64,000 nucleotides of DNA from Macrostomum lignano (GCA_002269645.1 NIVC01000640.1:310001-374000); one strand, 5' to 3'; positions 28,824-42,500 are shown, counted from the stretch's first letter. Made by a program: numbers and translations. Notes: a model not told the origin generated them from the sequence alone.

Positions 28824-29387
28824 CCACAGCCAGGAAGACGGTAGAATCCTCGGAATTTTCCGGCGCAAATCAGCAATTTGCCGGCGCACGGCGCACACTT
28901 CACTGCGCCGCGCGCATGGGCTCGGCGCATCGGCGCATGGCTCGGTGCATCGGTGCATGGCTCGGCGCATGGCGCACAAGGTACGTCAGTGTACGTGACA
29001 ATATAATAATGAATAATAAAAAAACGTATATTAAATGTCAATCAATCAATAAAATAAACGATAGTCGATACGATAGTCGTTATTTCCAATGTTGTTTACT
29101 ATTTCAAATTTCATTAATCGACTTAACAAACTTAACAAATTTGCGCCTTTCGCGGCTTTTGTTGCGTCTTTTTGCTTATATTTTGCAAATAGAAGCCATG
29201 ATTGAACTGCTTGAACTTCCATTGATATTGATTCAATTTAGATACTTAATACTTGATGGTGCTTTTTGAAGTGTATTTTTCTCGGCGCATGGCGCACAAG
29301 TAATTTTTTTTCTCGGCGCACGCGGCGCACAAAAAAAAATTTGATGGATGTTATTCCGGCGCACACGCTGCACCTTCCTGACCATGG
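28824..29387. mobile_element. 564-bp hAT-like MITE with perfect 8-bp TSD
   Basis: TIRs CCACAGCCAGGAAG / CTTCCTGACCATGG (11/14), TSD CGTACATG at 28816-28823 and 29388-29395, many subterminal GGCGCA motifs, AT-rich centre. Confidence 0.85.
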
Positions 29388-29485
29388 CGTACATGTAATC
29401 ACGGCTGTGGTATCCGTGACCAGCCACAGTATTATACCTACAAGCTGCTGTGTTGCTGTGTGATCCTAGTAATAAAAAAATTGAT

Positions 29486-29778
29486 GACACCTGCCCTAAT
29501 GGGCAGATGTGCAACCGACAGCTCAGCCGCAGCTATTGCAAGGCGCATCTGAAGGCTGCGTACGGCTGTTCAGTCCAAGCACTGGGGGGGTCGCCACACA
29601 AACCCTCGATAACCCCAGCTAATGCTGGCACCCATCTTACAGCTGGGTGAACTGAAGCAATGCAGAGTTAAGTGTCTTGCTCAAGGACACAAATTGTTCC
29701 GAGTACGTGGATCGAGAATCGAACCCCCGACCTTTCAGTCGGTTAGTCCGACGCTCTAACCACTAGGCTACAACCCCC
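29486..29778 (-). mobile_element. tRNA-derived CORE-type SINE, copy 2 (complete)
   Basis: A box TAGCCTAGTGG, B box GGTTCGATTC, CORE domain and the same 3' tail as the other two copies. Confidence 0.9.
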
Positions 29779-30348
29779 CCCCCCCTAGACTAAGGGTGTA
29801 AAGTATAGCTTGGGACTTAGCGAAATCGAAGTTTTTCGAAAGTAACCTACGCTCGAAGTTACCATTTAGCTCAGCGCGACAGACACATTGTTGGTAGCTA
29901 GCAGGTGATTTAGGCTGCATAAGTTGATAAGTGGATTTTTATTACTAATCATAGCTGACTGGCAACTGGCTGACTAGCGACTGGCTTCTCAACCGCCGAT
30001 AAACAAAAAGGAAGGAAGCGATAAAAGTACATTTGACTGAGTACCCAATGCTAACTGTGCCGGTAAGAGAAAATTTGCTCAACTATCGATTCGGGTTCGA
30101 GTTGGCGGGCTCGTTTCGTGGGATTCTTTCGGCAGGTCGCGCCGCACTTGTTGAGCACACTTGAGCACTAGACTGCTGCTGTAGAGTGGGATGGGGGGGC
30201 AATTGGTACCGACTCTTAGCAACTCCTTCATCGGCTGAAATCTCTGCAGAATTGGGACTGGGCGAGTGAAACTGCGAATGAAGCTGAAAATTTTGACTGG
30301 CAGGGCGCCGGTGATGGCTCCTCTTATCTGCTGATTTGTAGAAATTGA

Positions 30349-31315
30349 GTGAGACAGGCAGGGTGAGACAGGCAGGGTGAGACAGGCAGGGTGAGACAGG
30401 CAGGGTGAGACAGGCAGGGTGAGACAGGCAGGGTGAGACAGGCAGGGTGAGACAGGCAGGGTGAGACAGGCAGGGTGAGACAGGCAGGGTGAGACAGGCA
30501 GGGTGAGACAGGCAGGGTGAGACAGGCAGGGTGAGACAGGCAGGGTGAGACAGGCAGGGTGAGACAGGCAGGGTGAGACAGGCAGGGTGAGACAGGCAGG
30601 GTGAGACAGGCAGGGTGAGACAGGCAGGGTGAGACAGGCAGGGTGAGACAGGCAGGGTGAGACAGGCAGGGTGAGACAGGCAGGGTGAGACAGGCAGGGT
30701 GAGACAGGCAGGGTGAGACAGGCAGGGTGAGACAGGCAGGGTGAGACAGGCAGGGTGAGACAGGCAGGGTGAGACAGGCAGGGTGAGACAGGCAGGGTGA
30801 GACAGGCAGGGTGAGACAGGCAGGGTGAGACAGGCAGGGTGAGACAGGCAGGGTGAGACAGGCAGGGTGAGACAGGCAGGGTGAGACAGGCAGGGTGAGA
30901 CAGGCAGGGTGAGACAGGCAGGGTGAGACAGGCAGGGTGAGACAGGCAGGGTGAGACAGGCAGGGTGAGACAGGCAGGGTGAGACAGGCAGGGTGAGACA
31001 GGCAGGGTGAGACAGGCAGGGTGAGACAGGCAGGGTGAGACAGGCAGGGTGAGACAGGCAGGGTGAGACAGGCAGGGTGAGACAGGCAGGGTGAGACAGG
31101 CAGGGTGAGACAGGCAGGGTGAGACAGGCAGGGTGAGACAGGCAGGGTGAGACAGGCAGGGTGAGACAGGCAGGGTGAGACAGGCAGGGTGAGACAGGCA
31201 GGGTGAGACAGGCAGGGTGAGACAGGCAGGGTGAGACAGGCAGGGTGAGACAGGCAGGGTGAGACAGGCAGGGTGAGACAGGCAGGGTGAGACAGGCAGG
31301 GTGAGACAGGCAGGG
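30349..31315. repeat. Homogeneous 14-bp minisatellite (GTGAGACAGGCAGG)n, about 69 copies
   Basis: No variant units seen. Confidence 0.97.
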
Positions 31316-32137
31316 GGAGGCGGCCTAAGACAGCTTTTAGCATTTCCCCCGCAATGGGCGCAGAGCTGCGAGAGTCTCTTCCGTGCAATTTCTGCTTGGC
31401 GAAGCTCCATCATTTCTCTTTGCGAGGCAATTTCCAGCCAAGCAAAACTTTACAAAGCCAGCGTCTGTCAAAGCAGAATTTTTATAGGTAAAATTTTAAA
31501 AGCCCACGTAGAAGCGCTAGAAGGAAGACTGGCCTCGAGAAATTGATGGAGAGCTGAGCAGAATGCAGAAAAACTGACACGCCAGAGAGTGAGGAGCAGG
31601 AGCCGGATCAGCGCAAATAGGGAAGCCAATTAAAAGTGAGAACTGAAGCAATTGATTGGCATTTGCGCACAGCTAGGGAGCCTCAGAACCCGGCCGGATT
31701 TCAGCGGGCAGAGATGAGGTGCCAAAATTCGTCAACTTCTGTCACCCACCCTGCTCAGTGCGGGCCTCGCTCAAGGCTTGCGGTGGAAAGTTGCATGCAT
31801 TTTTTGCCTCGATATTTTGTCCTGGGAAGGCCACCGAGAATGAAGAGGGGATTTTGGCCGGGCAGCAGCGGGGCTGCTGTGTCGAAGAATTGCACTCTGG
31901 GGCCGACTAGCTGCGGCGACTAAAAGTGCACGGAGGGGACGGCAGCGGCAATGGTAGCGGGGGAGACAGATGAAGGGTGGGCCCGGGAGGGGTGTACAAA
32001 CAATGGGGAGGTGAGGCGATCCGCGAGGTGAGTTAGAAAAATGCAGGCAGCTCCACCCACCATCTCTTCCTCTCTCTCTCTTTCTCTCTCTCTCTTGTGC
32101 CAGCGAGCTCAGTTGGTAATCGATCGATTGCCTATCT

Positions 32138-32138
32138 T

Positions 32139-32189
<51 letters not shown>

Positions 32190-32192
32190 TAG

Positions 32193-32225
<33 letters not shown>

Positions 32226-32272
32226 TAGTGTCTGTCTTAGTGTCAGTCTGTCTGTCTGTCTTAGTGTCTTAG

Positions 32273-32317
<45 letters not shown>

Positions 32318-32320
32318 TAG

Positions 32321-32357
<37 letters not shown>

Positions 32358-32360
32358 TTG

Positions 32361-32412
<52 letters not shown>

Positions 32413-32440
32413 GAATCTATCGATCTATCTATCTATCTAT
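32138..32440. repeat. (CTGT)n microsatellite with CTTAGTGT variants, then a short (CTAT)n
   Basis: Direct inspection. Confidence 0.95.
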
Positions 32441-32779
32441 CTAGCCTGTTCTATTCAGTCACTTCCCGCAGAGAAACTTCCTCAGTCCCCGCGCGGCCCA
32501 ATGAGACAGGCAGGGCCTCATTGGTAACTGGCCCTAGCAACCAATGTCAGCCTTGGCCGTACTGGGCTGGGCAGCGGCGGCAGTCGCAGGGCTGAGGAAT
32601 GAACTAATACGGAGTGAAAAGCGCGCAGTCCCGTTGCATTCGGAACAGAGGCCTGCAAAGTAGGAGCGCTCAAAGCAGGAGCAGGCAAACTTTGCAAACC
32701 AGCCGGCAAAACAAGGTTGAACGGCCCGCGCGGGTAATGCGGCAGGTAGCGGCGAGCTCTGGCTGCCAGCAGAACGATC

Positions 32780-33133
32780 ATGTCCGACAGCCGTCAGCAA
32801 CAGCCGCATCAGCAATCCCCGCTTGCGGCTGCTAAGTCCCACCAGCATCAGGCAGGGTTGGCGGCATCGAATGAGTCCACAAAGTCGGCTGTGGCACCTC
32901 CGGCGGCGGCAGCTGCGGGCAGCTCGGGCTCGAAGGCTTGGGCGCCGCTTCGCAAACGTCTGGCGGTGATTCGCACAGTCAAACTGTTCTCCCGCGACAA
33001 GGACGAGAAAGTCACCAGCGCCCTGCTCACCGGCCGGCCGCCCCCGGGGCAGCAGCAGCAGCAGCAGCAGAATATGCGGGAAAATTTTGACGACGATGGA
33101 GGAGTTTACTGCGGAGGAGAGGACGAGAATGAG
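32780..33133 (+). CDS. Probable alternative first coding exon of the RGS gene (118 codons)
   Basis: ATG at 32780, GC-rich codon-like low-complexity ORF (MSDSRQQQ...GEDENE), phase-0 donor GAG|GTACGC at 33134 that is compatible with the phase-0 acceptor at 47640 (would give 357 aa). Confidence 0.55.
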
Positions 33134-33209
33134 GTACGCCTTGCATGGCCGCTCCGATATTCGCTTTTTTAATATTTTTAGATGCGAAACTCAACAGTAC
33201 CATCATCTC

Positions 33210-33880
33210 CCTTTCTCTTCCTCCCCTCTTCACCCTTCTTCCTCTCCCTCTTCCTCTCCCTCTTCCTCTCCCTCTTCCTCCCCTCTTCACCCTTCTTCCT
33301 CCCCCTCTTCCTCCCCCTCTTCCTCCCCCTCTTCCTCCCCTCTTCCCCCTTCTTCCTCCCCCTCTTCCCCCTTCTTCCTCCCCTCTTCCCCCTTCTTCCT
33401 CCCCCTTCTTCCTCCCCTTCTTCCTCCCCTCTTCCTCTCCCTCTTCCTCTCCCTCTTCCTCCCCTCTTCACACTTCTTCCTCTCCCTTCTTCCTCCCCCT
33501 TCTTCCTCCCCTTCTTCCTCTCCCTCTTCCTCTCCCTCTTCCTCTCCCTCTTCCTCCCCTCTTCACCCTTCTTCCTCTCCCTCTTCCTCTCCCTCTTCCT
33601 CCCCCTCTTCCTCCCCCTCTTCCTCCCCTCTTCACCCTTCTTCCTCTCCCTCTTCCTCCCCCTCTTCCTCCCCCTCTTCCTCCCCTCTTCCCCCTTCTTC
33701 CTCCCCTTCTTCCTCCCCTCTTCCCCCTCTTCCCCCTTCTTCCTCCCCTCTCCCTCCCCCTCTTCCTCCCTTCTTCCCCCTCTTGCCCCCTCTTCCTCCC
33801 CTCTTCCTCCCCTCTTGCCCCCTCTTCCTCCCCTTTTCTTCCCTTCTTCCTCCCATCTCCCCCCACTCTTTCTCCCCCCG
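33210..33880. repeat. Nearly pure polypyrimidine (CTT/CCT-rich) tract
   Basis: About 670 bp almost entirely C/T on the + strand, just after the 33134 donor. Confidence 0.95.
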
Positions 33881-34667
33881 CTTCCCTCGCAACCCCAGGT
33901 CACTCAGTTACCCCTGCGGTCTCAGCACTCAGCAGGCAACCGAAAGTCATTGTTGCTGCCACAAACGCGATGCACCAATTTTCGCGTCTTCCGCCCCGAT
34001 CCCAGTCAAAGCGTGGGCGAAGCGCTAAGACAGACAGGGCCAGCCACAAAGTAATTTATCAGGACTGACTGAGTTTGCTCTGACCCCCCGAGGCCTCGGC
34101 GTAAAAGACAAATGAAAGATTCAGACAAATCCATGCTCAAGGCTATTCTCATCTCTACTGCATGCGAGCATATCTTCTATCCCCCCCCCTGGCCTGGGGA
34201 GTTTGCTAGCCTCCCTCCCACGTCGCAGCCGCGTGCAGTAATGACCGCTGTGCATAATTACACACAATCAGAGGTCTATGATGAAGCCAAGGCCGAGTCC
34301 CAATTAACAGCGGTAGCTGCAGCAGCAGCAGCACTTGGGTGAGAACTTGGGTGAGAAGAAGAATACAGAGGGGAGGCGGAGCAGCAGATGAAGGAGGGAG
34401 GGAGAGAGACGCAGCGCTCGAGGCAACGAGGATGCAAGATTCCTCCTAAGATGAACTGTTGGCAAAGAAATAAAGGCCTTTGATAGACTTGCCGACTTGT
34501 AGAGAGTAGCCACTCAGCTTTTATACGAGTATGTAATTTGCGAGTTCGGTTCTCATGTTGCTAAGAATAGATCAGGTTCAATCTTAGCAGACGTTTACTG
34601 CTGGACAGACAAGCAGCAGCGGAGGATCTGGGAAGGCAACTGTAAATGCGAATTTTGTGGACAAAAC

Positions 34668-35560
34668 ATTAATTCTTGTGAATGAGTGACCGTGTCTGAC
34701 AATGCTTGTGCATGAGTGACCGTGTCTGACAATGCTTGTGAATGAGTGACCGTGTCTGACAATGCTTGTGCATGAGTGACCGTGTCTGACAATGCTTGTG
34801 CATGAGTGACCGTGTCTGACAATGCTTGTGCATGAGTGACTGTGTCTGACAATGCTTGTGCATGAGTGACCGTATCTGACAATGCTTGTGAATGAGTGAC
34901 CGTGTCTGACAATGCTTGTGCATGAGTGACCGTGTCTGACAATGCTTGTGCATGAGTGACCGTGTCTGACAATGCTTGTGCATGAGTGATTGTGTCTGAC
35001 AATGCTTGTGCATGAGTGACCGTGTCTGACAATGCTTGTGCATGAGTGACCGTGACTGACAATGCTTGTGCATGAGTGACCGTGACTGACAATGCTTGTG
35101 CATGAGTGACCGTGTCTGACAATGCTTGTGCATGAGTGACCGTGTCTGACAATGCTTGTGCATGAGTGACCGTGTCTGACAATGCTTGTGCATGAGTGAT
35201 TGTGTCTGACAATGCTTGTGCATGAGTGACCGTGTCTGACAATGCTTGTGCATGAGTGACCGTGTCTGACAATGCTTGTGCATGAGTGACCGTGTCTGAC
35301 AATGCTTGTGCATGAGTGACCGTGTCTGACAATGCTTTTAGATGAGTGACCGTGTCTGACAATGCTTGTGAATGAGTGACCGTGTCTGACAATGCTTGTG
35401 CATGAGTGACCGTGTCTGACAATGCTTGTGCATGAGTGACCGTGTCTGACAATGCTTGTGCATGAGTGACCGTTTTCTGACAATGCTTTTAGATGAGTGA
35501 CCGTGTCTGACAATGCTTGTGAATGAGTGACCGTGACTGACAATGCTTGTGAATGAGTGA
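34668..35560. repeat. 30-bp minisatellite (ATGAGTGACCGTGTCTGACAATGCTTGTGC)n
   Basis: About 29 tandem units. Confidence 0.97.
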
Positions 35561-37005
35561 GTGTCTGATACCGATGGCAGAGAAGTGTATGTTCATATGT
35601 TATAAAATACGCTCTAAGCTGAAGAAACAATTATATTTTCCAGCCTCCAAGAAAGCTTCATCCCGTGTCGGTAAACAGAAGCAGAACAGCTATTCAGATC
35701 TGGGCTGAGGAGGAACCTCCGTCCAGAGTTGACGTCGCATTTTAGCTCACTCTCATTTCCAATACGGAATTCATTCTCGTTTGTTACTTTGGGGCTTCCG
35801 TTTCCCCATCCTAATATTGTTTCTCCAATGCTTTTCCCGGCTTTATTGTCTCAGGTTCAGTTCTTCCGTTTTTGCTGAATCATGCTTCTGTCACCTGTTT
35901 TCTTGTCTATTGGTTTCTCAGTTCTGCCATTACAATCGTACTGCTCATAGTCTCTATTGATAACGTTAGTGCTTCGCTTCTTCGTCCGTCGTTATTTTTC
36001 TCGCAGCCTTTCTGCAATCAAATCTCAATGATTCCTTCACCAGTCTTTATTAGATACTAGTTGCACTGTTCCGCAGGAAAATCCGGGGAAATTCCATTGC
36101 GCCTCGGACTTTAATAACACAATCTCAGTTTTTTCGAGCTCACCAATAGCGTCTATGGATTTTCCACGGTTTTTCCATGCCGCGCAGTAGCTTACTTATA
36201 CTGCAAACATAGGCGCCCATGTACACTCATTCGCCTACGGAATTTCCATGGATTTCCCAGCCGAAGGGGAACCCTGAACCATGTACATACTAACTATGTA
36301 CAATACTCAAATCTCATTTCACGGAATTTCCTCGGATTAGCCGAGCATCAGAGCGTACCAAAAGTTCTGCTTACTAATATCACTTTCATTCGCGGGAACT
36401 CAGCCACAAAGCCCGGCAGAGTTTCCGGCCTCGCCCAGCTCATCCATCAGGGGATGATGGGGAGCAAATCGGAAACGAATATTTCACTTTCACAAATCGC
36501 CGCTTTCCCGTGGCGATCAGGATGAGCTGGCCAACCGGTCAGATGAGCATAGGTGCTCCGTAGTCTGGGTCAGGAAAAGGTGGCGGGACTGCAGTAAAGG
36601 CTGCTCACTTATCTACTGATCCCTAGTTGAGCACGACGAATACCGGGTAGACTTGGGTTGCAGTCCATGTTTCCGAGTTCGTGATTGATAGCGGGAGTCC
36701 TGGGGACCCTAACTATCCAGCACAGGCATCATATCTGATTACGATTTCGCACTTCTTTCCCTTCTCTCTCTCTGTAGAATGTATTTTCGTAAAGCAGCTC
36801 AAAAGCACAGCCTGTGAGGGAGATTAAACGTAGAACAGAGATTAAAGCTGTCAAAAATCAAGGAGATTTTGTATAAATGACAGTTCAATCGGATTTTTCT
36901 TTGGTTATGACAAAAATTACACTTCCATTTCATTCCCCTTGTCATTCCTACGTAGCTCTCCCGTATAGCCTCTGATTTTTCACTTTGTATTTTTTTTCAT
37001 ACGTA

Positions 37006-37273
37006 TTGTCGTAGCCTAGTGGTTAGAGCATCGGACTCACGACTGAAAGGCTGAAAGGTTGGGGGTTCGATTCTCGACCCATTCGTGTCCTTGAGCAAGA
37101 CTCTTAACTCTGCATTGCTTCAGTTCACCCAGCTGTAAAATGGGTGCCAGCATTAGCTGGGGTAATTGAGGCTGTGTGTGGCGACCCCCCCCCAGTCCTT
37201 GTACTGAACAGCCGTACGCAGCCTTCAGATGCGCCGCGCAATAGCTGCGGCTGAGCTGTCGGTTGCACATCTG
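37006..37273 (+). mobile_element. tRNA-derived CORE-type SINE, copy 3
   Basis: GTAGCCTAGTGG (A box), GGTTCGATTCT (B box), GTGTCCTTGAGCAAGACTCTTAACTC...CTGTAAAATGGG; 3' end shortened. Confidence 0.9.
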
Positions 37274-37879
37274 AAATACTCAGCCTGTTTAGTAGAGTTG
37301 GAGCCAGATGAAGAAGCTCGAAAGTTTAAAAGTCCACGCTGGAGCAGCAGAGGCTGAGCAGTCAAGAAATTCAAGCCTGATTTCCATAGGAAAGTTTAAG
37401 TGGATCCGCCCCTGCCCGAACAAAGGAAAGCGATTGCCATCCCATGTCTCACTATCTCTTTCTCCCCTCGCTCATTCGTTTCCCAAATCCCAAAGTCAAG
37501 GCACTTTCCAAGGACCGGCAGTGGACCCGTTCTTCTCAGAAGGACAGAAAAAATCTTGAGGCAACTTGAAAAAAAATTAAAGATGAGACGAGGCTGCCTC
37601 CACTTCTTCCTTCTTTCTCTTTTAATCAATGCAAATGCCACCGGCCTCCCTCCACGGGGGTGCTTTGCCGGCCCCGCCCCGGCCAAAACAAAGCAAGGCA
37701 AGATCAATGCCTTTACAATTCGCTTTGAGATGGAAGGATGTGTGACCCTATCTTTTCTCTCCTGGACGCTGCGTCACTCTCATTCGTCTTACGAGCAGCA
37801 GTGAAAGAACCAAGACAATTCAGCATTGTTATTTTTAGTTTAGACCTTTCCCTTATCGTAAAATATGTGGCAACGCCCC

Positions 37880-38425
37880 TGCATTAGTCCCTGCATTAGA
37901 CCGTGCATTAGACCGCACATTACGCCCTGGATTAGACCGTGCATTAGATCCTACATTAGACCTTGCATTAGGCCCTGCATTAGACCCTACATTAGGCCTT
38001 GCATTAGGCCCTGCATTAGACCCTACATTAGGCCTTGCATTAAGCCCTGCATTAGACCGTGAATTAGACCCTACATTAGGCACTGCATTAGACCGTGCAT
38101 TAGGCCGTGCATTAGACCCTGCATCAGGCCCTGTATCAGACCGTGCATTAGACCCTGCATTAGCCCCTGCATCAGGCCCTACATTAGGCCCTACATTAGG
38201 CCCTGCATTAGACCCTGCATCAGGCCCTGCATTAGGCCGTGCATTAGACACTGCATTAGACCGTGCATTAGGCCGTGCATTAGACCCTGCATCAGGCCCT
38301 GCATTAGACCGTGCATTAGGCCCTGCATCAGACCCTGCATCAGGCCCTACATTAGGCCCTGCATTAGGCCCTGCATTAGACCCTGCATCAGGCCCTACAT
38401 TAGGCCCTACATTAGGCCCTGCATA
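37880..38425. repeat. 12-bp minisatellite (CATTAG(A/G)CC(C/G)TG)n
   Basis: Direct inspection. Confidence 0.95.
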
Positions 38426-38888
38426 AGACTCGCGGGTTCGTGCCCGGTGTCCCCAAAAGTTCTGGCCGGTTCGAGCTTGACAGTATCTGATTTTCATAGA
38501 ATGAGCTTCCCAGCAGCAGAAGCGATCGGAGCGGTTTTAATGCCACACCGGAATTCGCGACCGATTCGTTCATAGGTGAAAAAAATAGTGGAAAGTCTTT
38601 TGCGAAGAGGAAGTCCCGGCCAGGAGTGTAGTAATAAATCATTGACTGAGTCTTCTTCACCATTTCCGAGAGCTGTGCTTGGCCTAGTAATTATTTTACA
38701 CTTAGTCAGCTGGGTCCCAGTCTGCCAGGCCGGAAAAACAGTTATTCGTTTTCTCAACAATTAAAATTAAATTAAAGTTAATATTGTTGAAGTCAAAGTT
38801 AATCCCTGTTTGACTATAGTTTTAATGCTGCTATAATGCCCGTCAATGAGTCAGGCCGATCGCAGAAACCTATAAGACGTGTACACTA

Positions 38889-39102
38889 AGGGGGCCGCAG
38901 CCCTGTGGCCAAGCGCGGCGTTGTAATGTGCCAGCGGCCCAGGCTCGATTCCAAGTGCAGTCACATTAATTTGGGGCTAAATTGGAATCTTGGCTTGGCT
39001 CTGCTCGTGCAATTAACGCCCTTGAGGGCCAACCCCCCAAGGCACAGAAGTGTACATGCCTGACGATAAATAAAGTCAGGGCCACTGTACACTTCTGTGT
39101 GA
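38889..39102 (+). mobile_element. Candidate second SINE family: Pol III A/B boxes followed by a conserved hairpin domain
   Basis: A-box-like TGGCCAAGCGCGG 38906-38918, B-box-like GGCTCGATTCC 38942-38952. The hairpin at 39041-39102 is also found at 6176-6275 and 16761-16823. Confidence 0.45.
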
Positions 39103-40377
39103 AGTGTGTGACTGCGTACGTAGAATTATCCTTGTTATCCTTGTTTTGCCCTACAGGTCTTTGTACCAGCTACACTTCGACACACTTCTGGGCCTTTAAT
39201 TTCCAGTCTTGTTACTGTGGCGGCCTGCCAAAGTACTTTAATTCCGCCAATCCCAGGTATTTCCCCTTCTAGTCAGCGCTAACACACATTTTTACATCGG
39301 AAATTGCTCGGCGCATCCGGTATTTGCGCCCAAGTCGTCTGGCTTATCGACACCCTGAAATGCGGCACTGCACCGGCTCAGGAAATGCTGAACAGGCCTG
39401 AGCTGAAAGGAAACAGCTTCAACAGCAACAGAAGCAGAGTGCTGCGGCAATGTGACTGGGGGGGGGGGCTGAAACTGACAGGGTATCAAAAGGCCGCTGC
39501 CTCTTGCCTCTTGCTCAATGAATCTTTTTGCCATATGCATTGGGTGCTGTGTCTTAAGAGAGAGAAGGGGAGGGTAGAGAGGAGGCTTAGGTGGCCTGCA
39601 GTCCTCTGTTGCCTTAGTAGAAATCAATTCCTCATTTCCTTGGGCTCGCCCCCTTCTCTCATGTCCTTATGTCTGCCGTCATCTATGGACCGGCGGCGGG
39701 GAGGCAAAATGCCAGGGCAAAGCAAGGCGACTGCCGTTCTGGGGACGAGATGAACGGGCACCCTGGAGAGCTGGGGGAGTTCTGGGGAAAACTTTGCCGA
39801 GAAGAGGTGTGTGAATTCTCTATCCTGTCCCGTCAACAATTTTAGGCCCCAGCAACTGCCAGTGAACAGGGAGAATGCGATTTTTTAAACACAAAATTGA
39901 TTTTGCGTAGCTACTCGAATTTGGTTCCATTGCGTGCCCAGTTGAAAAAAACAAATACTGAAGCTGGAGGTGAAAAAGGAAGCGGTGCGAACTTGACGGA
40001 AAATTTGTTTGAGCACTTGGGTGTTTTTTAATGACAGATCAGCTTGGCAACTCAACAAGCCGTTAAGCTGAGGCTGTCCTTGCAATGCGATGCAGCTGAA
40101 AGCAGAAAGTATGAAAACACGAGAGACTGTGCTCGCCTGAAAGCAAGACAGAAAAATCTCTGCCCAAAACTGCGGACTTTTTACGACCACGGAACTAAAA
40201 GCTTCTAAATATAGCCGAGACTTTAAATATTCAGACTCGATTTGTTTGCGGAACGACTGATGAAGCGAGTCTTTTATAGCGATAAAGATCGAAGGAGTGC
40301 TCAGGGAGCTGGGGCGTTTAGCGGTCACCAAATACACTGAAGCTGAAAAAGCTGAAGAAGACAAAAATAAAAGAAGA

Positions 40378-40935
<558 letters not shown>

Positions 40936-41693
40936 AGCTACTGAGGCCCTTCAAAACTAAGCCACAAAGGCAGCAAGACTGACGGACTGATAGTAACCTA
41001 AGTAGGAGGATTTTGAAAATGAGCGATGATGGGAAAAGTAACGGAGATAAGAGAAAGTGAGGGTCACAAGATAAAAGGTATTTCGTCAGTCAGGTGCGTT
41101 AAGCTGGGTTTAAGAGAAGCTTCTTCCAGAAGCCTTCAAATGCAGATTTTCTCACCCCCACCCCGCCAGCTCAGCTCAAGTCTCCATGAGCGACAAAAGC
41201 AATCTCGCTTATTTCTTTTCTGCCATGGCGGCAAGTTGCTTTCATCTGTTGCAAAAAAAACTTGCTTTTAGAACTCTCATCTCGGCGACGGGCCGACATC
41301 AAAGGCGAGCTCGGAGTTGCCGGATTGTTTTGTTCTTCTTCTAAAAGCGGCAGAGAGGAGGAGAAGAGAAAAGAAATTTAGTGTAACAACTGGCCGGCGA
41401 GTTTAGGGGGGGGGAGAAATTGAAAATTCAGCGACCGTGAAGCTGACTGCAGTGGATCGATTTCTAGTCAGCAGCGTCTCATGGTCTGGTCAGATTTTAC
41501 AGCCGACCCGGTCAGCCGCGGCCAAGCCGTGGGAATTTTTAGCAGCTTTCTAGGAAACCAACAACAGCGAGGGATGCAGAGAAGGAGGGGGTGATGGGGC
41601 AGGGAAGGATGCTGGGAGACAACGGCAGACAGCAGGGGAGGGCCGTGCGGGCGTGACATGCGGCCGCAGCAGCTGACTGGACCGGAGAAAGCG

Positions 41694-41727
<34 letters not shown>

Positions 41728-42220
41728 AGAAGAAGAAGTCTCCAAAAATGCCGGCAAGCCCTGTCGCTAGTTTTCCCTACTGGGAAATATTTCTAGAAAA
41801 TTAATAAACGAAGAAGATACAAATAATACCCCTACGAGAGAGAGAGAGAGAGAGAAAGGCGGGACTGGCGGAAGATCGCGGCGGGACAAATGACTGCTTT
41901 GGCCCGCTACAGGATGGTTGCTAATAGCCTCGGCTGCAGAGCTGCTGAGAGAATAGAGCGGGGAGAGAGCCGCACTAGGGGCAAGGAGGCGGAGAAAGAG
42001 TTTAAATTATTAATGGCTAAACCCTGTGTCCCAGCTGTACTTAATATATAGAGGCAGGCGAATGCGGGCCAGAATTTTGTTTCCACGAGCTCTGTGTCGC
42101 GTCGGAGCTTCTTAACGGGTCAGAAGTCCCGGCCCGGGTTGCACTGCATCGCTAGAGAAAATGTTTTCAAACACGGTGCGCGACCTGCCAGCCACGTCGG
42201 TTCGTCTCCCACAGCTCTCT

Positions 42221-42500
<280 letters not shown>

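Noticed and set aside
30079-31413. 444-aa and 354-aa ORFs
   Set aside because: Translation of the 14-bp satellite.
33087-34068. Pro/Leu/Ser-rich and Arg/Gly/Glu-rich ORFs
   Set aside because: Polypyrimidine/polypurine tract lacking stop codons by composition.
34584-35630. His-rich and Ala/Thr-rich repeat ORFs
   Set aside because: 30-bp minisatellite.
35640-36720. Possible degraded transposon coding sequence
   Set aside because: Only short interrupted frames with no recognisable motif; it needs a translated search against TE proteins.
37006-37080. Possible tRNA genes here and at 29700-29778
   Set aside because: A/B boxes continue into the SINE CORE body, and no acceptor stem or full cloverleaf forms.
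37853-38497. GPNAGSNA repeat ORF resembling a circumsporozoite- or elastomer-like protein
   Set aside because: 12-bp satellite antisense in an RGS intron; no signal peptide, splice sites or unique coding flanks.
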